A stretch of 64,000 bases of DNA from Vulcanimicrobiota bacterium (lineage in GTDB: Bacteria; Vulcanimicrobiota; Vulcanimicrobiia; Vulcanimicrobiales; Vulcanimicrobiaceae). Positions 28,848 through 38,450 of the stretch are shown in pieces. Made by a program: the position numbers and the translations under genes. The number at the start of each line of letters is the position of its first letter. The stretch's first letter is position 1. Under the pieces are notes generated by a model, which saw only the letters and a program-made list of their open reading frames with translations, made no database searches and was not told where the DNA came from. Where the stretch lies: contig CAWCIZ010000003.1 of the NCBI GenBank assembly GCA_963795855.1, positions 384,001-448,000 on the forward strand. The letters run 5' to 3'.

Positions 28848-30134
28848 GGCGGCGGCGCTTTTGCTGGCCACGCTCGCGCTCGGTGCCTGCGCGCACCAAC
28901 TCAAACCGGACGATCCGAACGTGCGCGGTATCGGCTACGTGCGCGTCGAGGACGTGATCAAGAAGCACCCGCTGTATCCGCAGCTGGCGCAGCTGCAGGA
29001 TTCCATCGACGCGCTGAACCTGAAATCGCTCGGCGCTGCGGCGGTTCCTCGAACTGCCGCGCAAATCGCCTCCGAAACGCGAGAATTGAACCGCGAGTTG
29101 AAACAGGCGCAGGATCGCGCGAATGCGATCCTCCGGCAGAAGCAGGCGGATTACGGACAGCGCGAACAGGCGGCGATTCGAGCGGCGCTCGCGGCTGCGG
29201 ACCAAGGCACGAACGGCAACGCGCCCGTCTCCGCGATGCAGAACGTGAGCGCGCAGCAAGCGCAGCAAGTCACGGCGCAGGCGAATGCGGATTTTCAAGC
29301 CTACCAGCAGAGCGTCATCGCACAGGACAACGCCGCGGTTCGTCAGATCAGCGGTCAACTCAGCGCGCGCGCGGATGCGGCATACCGCCAAAAGGCAACG
29401 CAGCTTCAAGAGAAGGAATCGCAGCTCGGGCTCGAGCTCTCGCAGCGCGACGCACCTCAGCGTCTGGACCTGCGGATGAAACTCGGCAATCTGGCGCTCT
29501 CCGATGCGCAGCGCAAGCAGTACCGCGATCAGACTCTCTGCGCTCGACACGCAGGAGGCGGCGGCCGTCGACGCGCAGCGCAAGCGCGATCAGCAAGAAC
29601 TCGCGGCGTATCAAAAGCAACTGCGGGCGCACACCGCCTCGCAAATCGCCGCCCAGGTTGGCAAGATACGCGGTGAGACGCAAGCCAAACTGCAGAGTCG
29701 CCGAAACGAGGTGAGTCAGCAGGTCAGCTCGCAGCTGCAAGGCTTGCGCCCTGCGGCTATCCCGACGAACCTTCCTGCGGCAACTCGCGACAAACTCGCA
29801 TCGATAGACAAACAGTTCAAATCGCAGTTTCAGGCGGACGCCCAAAAGACCATCGACCAATACCAGCAAACGAAATCCGATCTGGACGCGCAATACGCTT
29901 CGCTGCAGGGCGCAGACGGCGCCGCCACCGGGACGGCCAACAAGCAACTTTCGGAGACTTCAGCGGCAGCGCGACGATCTGTACTCCAAAATGGTGGACC
30001 AAGTGAAACGTGATGCCGGAACGGTTGCGGCAAAACGGGGATTGCAAGTAGTCTTCATCAGCGTAGTCGCCGCGCCCGGCGGCATTGACCTGACCGACGA
30101 CGTGGAAAAGGACATCGAGAGCTTACATCAGTGA
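28834..30134 (+). CDS. Skp-like lipoprotein with very long Gln/Ala-rich coiled coil (frameshifts near 29530 and 29950)
   Basis: LGAC lipobox, IGYVRVEDVIKKHP at the start, GLQVVF...GGIDLTDDV at the end (manual translation 30030-30134). Confidence 0.7.
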
Positions 30135-30538
30135 AAAAAAGCATCGTCATCATGGCCGCGCTAGCGGCTCTTACGCTGACCGCATGCGGTCAATCCAGTC
30201 CCGTCGGGCTGCTCGACGTACAGCGGCTTACGGCGAACTGGCCACAGTACAACAACGTGCAGAATCAACTGCTCGCGGATCAGCGCGCCATCGAAACCGG
30301 CAGCGGCTCGATGCAGCAGAAACGCAAGCAGGCCGCGCAGCTGCAAGCCAAATATGCAGCGCTGTCCAATCAGCTGGTTTCTCAAATCAAAGATGCCGCC
30401 GCCAAAGTGGCGCAGCAGAAGAGTTTGAAACTCGTGTTGACGCGCGAATTCATCGGATACGGCGGAACCGACATCACCGGCGACGTCGAAAAGCAGATGG
30501 GCATAACGGAATCCGCATCGCCCAGCCCGAGCCCGTAA
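30131..30538 (+). CDS. Short Skp/OmpH-like lipoprotein
   Basis: LTAC lipobox, VGLLDVQRL, KLVL..YGGTDITGDV. Confidence 0.82.
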   Translation: MKKSIVIMAALAALTLTACGQSSPVGLLDVQRLTANWPQYNNVQNQLLADQRAIETGSGSMQQKRKQAAQLQAKYAALSNQLVSQIKDAAAKVAQQKSLKLVLTREFIGYGGTDITGDVEKQMGITESASPSPSP

Positions 30539-30545
30539 GGCCGCG

Positions 30546-31574
30546 TTGCTCGGCACCGTTGCGCAACTCGCGCAGCGCGTCGGGGGACGCGCGATCGGCG
30601 ACGGCGCGCTCTCGATTGCGCGCATCGCCGCCATCGACGAAGCCGGCCCTGATGCGCTGACGTTCGCAACGACGCCGGCGTATTTGCAGGCGGCGCTGAA
30701 ATCTCGCGCAGCCGCCGTGCTCGTCGACGAGAGCATCGTGCAGACTGCGCCTCTCGATGCGTCCAAGCCGCTCATCGCCGTGCAGAGCGCACGCGTTGCG
30801 CTCATGCAACTGCTGCGCGCTTTCGATCGGCCGCGCAAACGCGGACCGTTCACGCATCCCAGCGCAGTCGTCGACGAAAGCGCGCAGATCGGGGACGGCG
30901 TGTACGTTGGCCCGGCGGCGATCGTGGGGGCGCGCAGCCGCATCGGCGACCACAGCGTCTTGGAAGCAGGCGCGTTCGTCGGCGAAGACGTCACGATCGG
31001 CAGCGGCGTTCTATTGCATCCCCACGCCGCGGTCATGGACGGCTGCGTCGTCGGAAACGATGCGATCGTACATCCGGGCGCCGTCATCGGCAGCGACGGA
31101 TTCGGATACGTATTCGTCGGCGGGCGGTTCGAACGAATTCCGCAGGTCGGCAACGTGGTGCTCGGCGACGGTGTGGAGATCGGCGCGAATACGTGCGTCG
31201 ATCGTGCGCAAACCGGAAGTACGCACATCGGCGACGGAACCAAAATAGATAATCTTTGCCAAATCGGGCACAACTGCCGCATCGGCGCGAACACCGGTAT
31301 GGCGGCGCAAACCGGGCTTGCCGGCAGCACGATCGTCGGAGATTACGTGCTAATCGGCGGGCAAGCGGGATTCAAGGGACATATCACCATCGGTTCCCGC
31401 GTGAAGATTGCGGCGGGCGCAAAAGTGTGGGGCGACATCGCGGACGAGGCATTCGTAAGCGGCACGCCCGCGCGTCCCCATCAGGAAGATTTGCGCCGAG
31501 AGGTCATGCTTCGCGGCCTGCCTAAGCTGATCGCCCGTGTCGAGGCCCTCGAAAAGAAACAGCGCGAGTCCTAG
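30546..31574 (+). CDS. lpxD: UDP-3-O-acylglucosamine N-acyltransferase
   Basis: Hexapeptide repeats, IGSDGFGY, IPQVGNV, VEIGANTCVDR, KIDNLCQIGHN. Confidence 0.95.
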   Translation: MLGTVAQLAQRVGGRAIGDGALSIARIAAIDEAGPDALTFATTPAYLQAALKSRAAAVLVDESIVQTAPLDASKPLIAVQSARVALMQLLRAFDRPRKRGPFTHPSAVVDESAQIGDGVYVGPAAIVGARSRIGDHSVLEAGAFVGEDVTIGSGVLLHPHAAVMDGCVVGNDAIVHPGAVIGSDGFGYVFVGGRFERIPQVGNVVLGDGVEIGANTCVDRAQTGSTHIGDGTKIDNLCQIGHNCRIGANTGMAAQTGLAGSTIVGDYVLIGGQAGFKGHITIGSRVKIAAGAKVWGDIADEAFVSGTPARPHQEDLRREVMLRGLPKLIARVEALEKKQRES

Positions 31575-31580
31575 GCAGGC

Positions 31581-32427
31581 GTGAGCGTGCAGTACCAAAC
31601 GACGCTTCGCGAGGCGTTTGCGTTTGAGGGTGTGGGCTTGCATACCGGCGCGCCGTGCCGCGTCGACGTTCGCCCCGCTTCGGCGGGCACCGGTTTGCAA
31701 TTCGTTTCGGGCAGTACGGTTATTCCGGCGCTCGCCGAGCACGTCGTGGAAACGGCCCGCGCAACGGTCGTCGGAAAAGACGGCGTCACGATATCGACCG
31801 TCGAGCATCTGCTTGCCGCGCTTTTCGGAATGGGTCTTGCGAACGCGACCATTCACGTCGACGGTCCGGAAATTCCGGTAGCCGACGGCAGCGCGAAAAC
31901 GTGGGTGGAACTCATCGCACGGGCCGGAATCGCCGCGCAAAGCGAAGTGCGCGATCGTTTCGTTCCCGCTTCTCCGGTCTTCGTGCGTGACGCCGATCGC
32001 GCGCTTGTGATTCTTCCCGCTTCGCAATTCCGCGTGCGTTTTCTCGCGGATTTCGCGCCGCCGATCGGCACGCAGTATTTCGACGCGGAGATGACGCCCG
32101 AAACGTTTTCCGCCGAAGTCGCCTCCGCGCGCACGTTCGGGTATTTGCACGAAGTGCAGGCGCTGCTCGATCGCGGCCTCGCGAAAGGCGGAACGCTCGA
32201 GAATGCGCTCGTGTTCGCGCCCGAAGGACCGATGCAGGAGATGCGCTGGCCGAACGAGCCGGTTCGTCATAAAGTACTCGATCTCGCTCGGCGATCTCGC
32301 GCTTCTCGGCGCCTGGCCGCAATGCGAAGTGGTCGCGATCAAGAGCGGCCACAAACTGCACTGCATCGCGACGACGGAACTGCGCCGTCAGATTGGCGGC
32401 AAACTGCCGTCGGCGAAAGTGCGATAA
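31581..32427 (+). CDS. lpxC: UDP-3-O-acyl-GlcNAc deacetylase (frameshift near 32285)
   Basis: GVGLHTG, TVEHLLAAL, EIPVADGS, ARTFG, HKVLDL; GDLALLG...KSGH tail in the shifted frame. Confidence 0.94.
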
Positions 32428-32429
32428 CG

Positions 32430-32903
32430 GTGCCGGAACTGGACATCCGGCAGATCATGGAGATCCTGCCGCACCGCTATCCGATTCTGCTCGTCGATCG
32501 CATCATCGAACTGGAGCCCGGCGTTCGCGCGGTCGGCTACAAAAACGTTACGGCGACGGAACCGATTTTTACCGGCCACTTTCCGGGAAATCCGCTGTTT
32601 CCCGGCGTCTACATGATTGAAGCGCTCGCGCAACTCGGCGGTTGCGTCGTCCTGGAACCCGGCGAGTTTTCGCGCAAGACTCCGTATCTTGCCGGCATCG
32701 ACGCCGCGAAATTCCGCCGTCCCGTCGTTCCCGGCGATAGGTTCATGATGGAAGTGCGGCTGACCAAGCACAAACGCAATATCGGTTGGGTGCACGCCGA
32801 AGGAAGCGTCGACGGTCAGTTCGTGGTCTCCGCGGAACTGATGTTCTCGATCGCCTCCGATCCGCGCATCTTCGGTTTCGACGCGACGGTGCTGCACTCT
32901 TGA
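32430..32903 (+). CDS. fabZ: 3-hydroxyacyl-ACP dehydratase
   Basis: LPHRYPILLVDR, FTGHFPGNPLFPGVYMIEALAQ, FRRPVVPGD. Confidence 0.95.
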   Translation: MPELDIRQIMEILPHRYPILLVDRIIELEPGVRAVGYKNVTATEPIFTGHFPGNPLFPGVYMIEALAQLGGCVVLEPGEFSRKTPYLAGIDAAKFRRPVVPGDRFMMEVRLTKHKRNIGWVHAEGSVDGQFVVSAELMFSIASDPRIFGFDATVLHS

Positions 32904-32955
32904 AAGAAAACGCTCCCGGAGACAAAGGGCGGAACCCTCCCCGAGGGCGCCGCGG

Positions 32956-33726
32956 GTGATCCATCCGACGGCTATCGTGCATCCCAATGCGAAGATCGAT
33001 CGCGGCGTCGAAATCGGGCCGTACTGTATCGTCGGCGAAAACGTTTCGATCGGGCGCGGCACGGTTCTCCAGGCGCACGTCGTCGTGAACGGTTGGACGA
33101 GCATCGGTGAGGACTGCGAGATTTTTCCTTTCGCGACCATCGGCGCTTCGTCACAAGATAAGAAGTACAGGGGCGAGCGCGCTTACACCCGTATCGGCAG
33201 CCGCACGATCATTCGCGAATATGTAAGCGTGCAGCGCGCGACCGGCGAAGATCAAGTCACCGCGATCGGCGACGACTGCCTGCTGCTCGCCTACATGCAT
33301 GTCGCGCACAACTGTATCCTCGGAAACGGCGTGACGATGAGCAACCTCGCGCAGCTGGCGGGGCATTGCATCATCGACGACAGCGTCGTGATTGCGGGCA
33401 TGGCCGGATTGCACCAATTCGTGCGCGTTGGGCGATATGCGTTCATCGGCGGCGACAGCAAAGTAACGCGCGACGTGCCGCCGTTTTTCTTGGTCGAGGG
33501 AAATCCCGCGGCGCCGTACGGGCTCAACAGCGTGGGCTTGCGCCGCGCCAATTTCAGCGAAGAAGAGCGCGCCGAAATCAAAAAATTCTACAAACTGCTG
33601 TACGGTTCCAAGATGAAGCTCTCCGAGGCAATCGAGACGATGAAAGCGGAAGTGACGACGGAATCGGGCCGGCACATTCTGGATTTTCTCGAAGGCGAAT
33701 CGCAGCGCGGCATTTTGCTGAAATAG
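32956..33726 (+). CDS. lpxA: UDP-GlcNAc O-acyltransferase
   Basis: IHPTAIV, QDKKYRGE, HVAHNC, LAGH, HQFVRVG, GLNSVGLRR. Confidence 0.96.
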   Translation: MIHPTAIVHPNAKIDRGVEIGPYCIVGENVSIGRGTVLQAHVVVNGWTSIGEDCEIFPFATIGASSQDKKYRGERAYTRIGSRTIIREYVSVQRATGEDQVTAIGDDCLLLAYMHVAHNCILGNGVTMSNLAQLAGHCIIDDSVVIAGMAGLHQFVRVGRYAFIGGDSKVTRDVPPFFLVEGNPAAPYGLNSVGLRRANFSEEERAEIKKFYKLLYGSKMKLSEAIETMKAEVTTESGRHILDFLEGESQRGILLK

Positions 33727-33727
33727 C

Positions 33728-34840
33728 GTGCGCTATTTTCTTTCGAGCGGCGAAGCCTCGGGCGAACTGGCCGCAACGCTGCTGGCAGACGCCGTTCGCC
33801 GCATCGATCCGCAAGCGGAGTTCGAAGGTATCGGTGCTGCGCGAATGCGCGAAAGCGGCGTGCACCTGTGGCGCGATCATACCGGTTGGGCCAGCATGGG
33901 TCCGCTCTCGGCGGTTCCGCGTATTCCCAAACTGCTGCTCACGATGCTGCGCACCGCGCAGCACATTGCGTCCAGCAAGCCCGATCTGGTCATTCTCGTC
34001 GATTTCGGCGCGTTCAACGTCCGGCTTGCGGAGCGGCTGCGGGCCATCGGTTACGACGGCGCGATTCTCGACATCTTTCCGCCGGCGACGTGGCTCGATC
34101 GCGAGAAAACGGCGCGCGACGTTGCACGCATCGCCGTGCCCATGACGGCGTTCGCGCATCAACGCGACTTCTATGAGTCGCTCGGACTTCGCATCGCGTA
34201 CTTCGGGCATCCGCTGGCCGGACAGTATGCGCTGCGTCCGCCGCGTCCCACGCCTGCGGCAGATGACGGCGTCCTCGCGCTGCTCCCGGGAAGCCGTTCC
34301 GGCGAGCTGCGCTACCACGTGCCGCGCCTTTATGCTGCGTTGCGCAAGCTGCGCGAACGGCGTCCGAATGTACGAGCCGTCGTCGGCGCGGCCGACGAAC
34401 ACGCCGAACGGCAGTTGCGCGCAGCCGCTCGGCGCGAGGGAATAACCGGGCTTACGTTCGCGCGCGGAACGCGCGAAGCCATTGCGCAAGCCGATGCAGC
34501 GTGGGTGGCGTCCGGGACGGCAGTGTTGGAATGCGCGCTTTCCGGCGTACCGGCGGTGGCGCTTTACGTCATTTCGCCGCTGCTGGTGAATCACGCGCGG
34601 CGCGTCTATTCCGGGCGCTTCATCACGCTGCCGAATCTGGTGCTCGATCGCGCGGTCATTCCGGAACTTCTCCAGGATGATGCCACGCCGGAACGCCTCG
34701 CGGACGCCATGGACGCCGTGCTGCGCGATCCGCTCGAGCAGTATCGCGAATTCGAACGCTTGCGCGAGGCGCTCGGACCACCCGACGCGCTCGAACGCTG
34801 TGCCGCGTTTGCCGTGCAGCTGGCAGCCGGTGCGGCATGA
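33728..34840 (+). CDS. lpxB: Lipid-A-disaccharide synthase
   Basis: SSGEASGE, VDFGAFN, FGHPL, LLPGSRSGE, ASGTAVLE, LPNLV, PELLQ. Confidence 0.92.
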   Translation: MRYFLSSGEASGELAATLLADAVRRIDPQAEFEGIGAARMRESGVHLWRDHTGWASMGPLSAVPRIPKLLLTMLRTAQHIASSKPDLVILVDFGAFNVRLAERLRAIGYDGAILDIFPPATWLDREKTARDVARIAVPMTAFAHQRDFYESLGLRIAYFGHPLAGQYALRPPRPTPAADDGVLALLPGSRSGELRYHVPRLYAALRKLRERRPNVRAVVGAADEHAERQLRAAARREGITGLTFARGTREAIAQADAAWVASGTAVLECALSGVPAVALYVISPLLVNHARRVYSGRFITLPNLVLDRAVIPELLQDDATPERLADAMDAVLRDPLEQYREFERLREALGPPDALERCAAFAVQLAAGAA

Positions 34841-35556
34841 CGATCACGATCTATCACACCTCCGATCTGCACGATCGCCGCGGCTTTGCCGCTCCGCTTG
34901 AAACGCTCCGCTCTCGCGAGCCGGGCCTGCTGTTCGATTGCGGCGATTCGCTGCGGGGAAGTCAAACGATCTATCACCGCAGCGAACCGATTATCGGGGA
35001 GATCGACGCGGCACGGTACGACGCGCAGGCGATCGGCAACCGCGAGTTTCATTATTTGTACGGCTTTTTGCGCGCACGGGCCGCACGGATGCATCACCCG
35101 CTGGTCTGTACGAACTTAGTCGATACGAAAGGGCGCGATCTGCCCTTTGCGCGATCGCTCTTGCTCGATCACGCCGGCGTGCGCGTGCACGTTCTCGGGT
35201 TGCTGATCATGCAGTATCCCGCCGGCAGCGCGTGGGAGCGGATTTTCGGCTGGCGGTTTCTCGACCCGATTGCGGTGGTTCGCGAGTTCAGCGCCGGTAT
35301 TCCCGACGACGACGTACTGGTGGTGCTCTCTCACATCGGCCTTTCGCTGGATCGAAAACTCGCGGCGGCAGTGCCGCGTATCGACTTGCTGCTCGGCGGT
35401 CATAGCCACGATACGCTCGAGCAACCGCTATTCGTCGGTGACGTCCCCATCGTGCATGCGGGCCCATACGGAAAATTCGTTTCCCGTACCATGCTGGACC
35501 GTGAAGCGCGGCGCTGGCGCGTGCGCACCTTCGATCTGGTTCCGTTGCTGCGATGA
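34837..35556 (+). CDS. Calcineurin-like metallophosphoesterase (stand-alone UshA/5'-nucleotidase N-domain type)
   Basis: HTSDLH, DCGD, GNREF, SHIG and GGHSH motifs; no signal peptide; ATGA overlap with lpxB. Confidence 0.88.
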   Translation: MTITIYHTSDLHDRRGFAAPLETLRSREPGLLFDCGDSLRGSQTIYHRSEPIIGEIDAARYDAQAIGNREFHYLYGFLRARAARMHHPLVCTNLVDTKGRDLPFARSLLLDHAGVRVHVLGLLIMQYPAGSAWERIFGWRFLDPIAVVREFSAGIPDDDVLVVLSHIGLSLDRKLAAAVPRIDLLLGGHSHDTLEQPLFVGDVPIVHAGPYGKFVSRTMLDREARRWRVRTFDLVPLLR

Positions 35557-36701
35557 TGCGCGTGCTGTTCGTCTCCAACGGCCACGGCGAGATTGCAATC
35601 GCCGCGCGCATCGCGCTGGATCTGCAGGCACTTGCGCCCGTCGCGTGCGATCATTTGGCGCTCGTCGGCGATTTTCGCCACGCCTCCACGATGCGCGAGG
35701 TCGGCCCGCGCCGCTCAATGCCCAGCGGCGGCGTGGTGGCAATGGGGAACGTGTCCAACATCGCACGAGACCTGCGCGCCGGCCTGCTCGCTCACACGCT
35801 CGCGCAGCTGCGGTTCTTGCGCGGCGTGCGCGGAACGTACGCCTGCGCAGTGGCCGTAGGTGACGTGTTCGCGCTGATGATGGCGCGCGCGGCGCAAGCA
35901 CGATCGACGGTCTTCGTAGGAACCGCGAAGAGCGTCTACGTCGCGCCGTACGGCCCGCTCGAGGAACGTGCGATTCGCGGCGCCGACGCCGCGTTTGTGC
36001 GCGACGTTCCAACGGCGCGGCGTCTGACCGAACACGGGATCGCCGCAGTTTCGGCAAATGCGATCGTCGATCTGTATTCCGCGGATGCGCCGCCTTTCGA
36101 TGCGGCGTTCGATCCGTTTTTGGCAATCTTTCCCGGAAGCCGCGAGAGCGCATATTCCGACGCGCGCTTCATGGCCGCCGTCGCGCGCCTCGCGCTTGGG
36201 GAGGATCTCCGAGGCGGCGGCGCGGTCTCCATCGCGCCCGGCATCGATGCCGCGCGCATGTGCGGGCAATTCGAAGCAGATGGCTGGCGCGTCGTACGTC
36301 GGGATGACGAACTTGCGCCGTTTTCCCTTTGCGAAGGCGAGCGCGAAGTGCTGCGCTTTTGGACGGGAGCGCTTGGAACGTTGCTTCGGCGCGCCACGAT
36401 CGTACTCGGCCAAGCGGGAACCGCGAACGAAGCGGCGGCGGCAATGGGAATTCCCGTCGTTGCATTCGCTCGCCGCAGCGAAACGAAAACGCCTTGGTAC
36501 CGCATGCGCCAGATCGGGTTGCTGGGCGAGGCGATGATCGTGGCGAGCGCCGACGCGCACGAAGCCGCTTCCCAAGTGCGCGCTTTGCTGCGCGACGCAC
36601 CGCGGCGCGAACGCATGGGTGCGATTGGACGCGAGCGCATGGGCGAATCCGGCGGCGCCGCCGCGATTGCCGCGCGCATTGCCGCGCTGGTAGAACCTTA
36701 G
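35553..36701 (+). CDS. Lipid-A-disaccharide-synthase-related GT-B protein
   Basis: FVSNGHGE, PSGG, AVGD, GTAKS, FPGSR and GQAGTANE motifs resembling the LpxB-related family seen in cyanobacteria. Confidence 0.75.
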   Translation: MMRVLFVSNGHGEIAIAARIALDLQALAPVACDHLALVGDFRHASTMREVGPRRSMPSGGVVAMGNVSNIARDLRAGLLAHTLAQLRFLRGVRGTYACAVAVGDVFALMMARAAQARSTVFVGTAKSVYVAPYGPLEERAIRGADAAFVRDVPTARRLTEHGIAAVSANAIVDLYSADAPPFDAAFDPFLAIFPGSRESAYSDARFMAAVARLALGEDLRGGGAVSIAPGIDAARMCGQFEADGWRVVRRDDELAPFSLCEGEREVLRFWTGALGTLLRRATIVLGQAGTANEAAAAMGIPVVAFARRSETKTPWYRMRQIGLLGEAMIVASADAHEAASQVRALLRDAPRRERMGAIGRERMGESGGAAAIAARIAALVEP

Positions 36702-36702
36702 C

Positions 36703-37902
36703 ATGCGGCGCTTGCTGCCGGCTGCTTTTGCGTTCACGTATTTCGTCGTGCCGCTTTTTCCGCCGTTCATCACGCTTACCGCGGTAACCATTCCGGGCGT
36801 TTCTCTCGTGCCGCGATCGTTCGCGGTCGCGTTGCTTGCGCTCATGGCGTGCGTTGCGGTGTACGCGGGTGCGCTGCTCTTGCGCCGTCCGGTCGAACGG
36901 CCGCGGACGCTGATTCCGCTGCTTCTGTGGCTCGGCGCGGCGCTCGTATCCGCGTTGCTCGGTTTCGATCCGGCGGGCGGCATGCTGTTCATCGGCATCT
37001 TCGGTTTGGGCGTGGTCTGGCATTTGGCGCTCTTACGGTACTACACGTATCCGGGCGTGAGCCGTGCGATTTTTTTCAGCTATCTCATCTCCGGCGCAGC
37101 CGCTTCGTTCGCCGCGGTCGTAATGGTCATCGCACGCGTTCCGGCGGACCAGTACACGATCGGGCATGGCCGCGCCATCGGCACGTTCATCTTGCCGGGT
37201 GAGTTGGCCGGCTATCTCATCGTCTTTCTGCCGATCGCGTTCGCCGTGGGGCGCGTCGCCCGCAGCCGCGCGCTGCGCACGCTGGCATGGATTGCGCTCG
37301 CACTCGGCGCTGCGGCGTTCATCCTTACGTTTTCGCGCGCCGGCTGGATGGGGCTTGCCGCAGCCATTGCGTTTTTCGCTTTTGCGCGCGGTACCGTGCG
37401 GCGCCGGTACGCTGCGCTTATCGTGCTGTGCGGGTTGGCCGCGGTGCTCGTCGTGTTCAACGTGCATCACGATCCGGCGGAAAATTACACGCGCCTATCG
37501 ATTTGGCAGGCGGGCGTCGAAATCGTGCGGCGATTTCCGCTCACCGGCGTGGGACCGTTCGATTTCGCGCGCATCTATCCGCTCGTGCGTCTTCCGGACG
37601 GGGATCTCACTGCGTTTCACGCGCATAGTTTTTTGCTCACGATCTTCGCGGAAATGGGCATCGCGGGCGTAGCCGCCGTACTCGCGGCATGGTGGCGATT
37701 CGGCGTCGCGCTGCGCGATCGCGTGCGCTGCGCGAACGCTCGGAACGCGACCATTGCGCTCGCCGTCGCAGCGGGACTGGCAGGGACGTGGGTGCAAGGG
37801 CTCATCGATACCGTGAGCGTGGTCATATTCGGGCTGTGGCTGCCTTCGATGGCGCTGGCGCTCGCCGCCGCTGAATACGGATTGGGAGAGGAGGCGTTAT
37901 GA
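36703..37902 (+). CDS. O-antigen ligase (WaaL/Wzy_C) family membrane protein
   Basis: Multi-TM; RAIGTF, LTFSRAGW, RLSIWQAG, PLTGVG, HAHS..L.IFAEMG. Confidence 0.85.
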   Translation: MRRLLPAAFAFTYFVVPLFPPFITLTAVTIPGVSLVPRSFAVALLALMACVAVYAGALLLRRPVERPRTLIPLLLWLGAALVSALLGFDPAGGMLFIGIFGLGVVWHLALLRYYTYPGVSRAIFFSYLISGAAASFAAVVMVIARVPADQYTIGHGRAIGTFILPGELAGYLIVFLPIAFAVGRVARSRALRTLAWIALALGAAAFILTFSRAGWMGLAAAIAFFAFARGTVRRRYAALIVLCGLAAVLVVFNVHHDPAENYTRLSIWQAGVEIVRRFPLTGVGPFDFARIYPLVRLPDGDLTAFHAHSFLLTIFAEMGIAGVAAVLAAWWRFGVALRDRVRCANARNATIALAVAAGLAGTWVQGLIDTVSVVIFGLWLPSMALALAAAEYGLGEEAL

Positions 37903-38450
37903 AACCGCTGCTCGCACTCGGGCTCGCAGCGCTGCTGCTGGCCGGCTGCAATCCGCAGCCGGAACACCGGATCGATGCAAGCGCGGGTCCGTCCTCGACG
38001 CCGACCGGGCTTCCTCCGCTCAGAATCGTGGGGCGCGGTACCGCGCGGCAGCCCGTGCGCGTCATCGGTCAACAGTCGGACGGCCGCAAAACGTATGAGT
38101 TGATCGCGCGATCGTACGAGAGCCGCTCGGCGCAGAACGTCACCGAAGCAACGTTTCAGCAAACGAAGGTAACGTTCTACGACAAAGATGGTACGAAGCT
38201 GCAGGCGCAGGCGCCGCAAGCCCGCATCGACGACCGGCGTAAGCAGGTAATCCTGTCCGGTGGAGTGCATGCCACCACGAGCACGGGAGTGACGCTCGTT
38301 TGCGATCGCCTCGTGTACGACGACGCGTCGGGACTGCTGCACGGGACGGGCAACGTCCGCATCACCGGAACGCAAGGCGGCGAGCAGCAGGTCTTGACGG
38401 GCAACACGTTTACGTCCGACGTGAAATTGACCCGGATGACGATGAAGTAA
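37899..38450 (+). CDS. lptC: LPS export periplasmic protein LptC-like (lipoprotein)
   Basis: LAGC lipobox, beta-jellyroll pattern (LSGGVHA, CDRLVYD, GNVRI); directly upstream of lptB. Confidence 0.75.
   Translation: MKPLLALGLAALLLAGCNPQPEHRIDASAGPSSTPTGLPPLRIVGRGTARQPVRVIGQQSDGRKTYELIARSYESRSAQNVTEATFQQTKVTFYDKDGTKLQAQAPQARIDDRRKQVILSGGVHATTSTGVTLVCDRLVYDDASGLLHGTGNVRITGTQGGEQQVLTGNTFTSDVKLTRMTMK

Noticed and set aside
31581..32903. Apparent LpxC-FabZ fusion (as in Bacteroidota)
   Set aside because: The conserved LpxC tail (GDLALLG..KSGH) lies in another frame with its own stop at 32427; the linker is junk translation from an indel.
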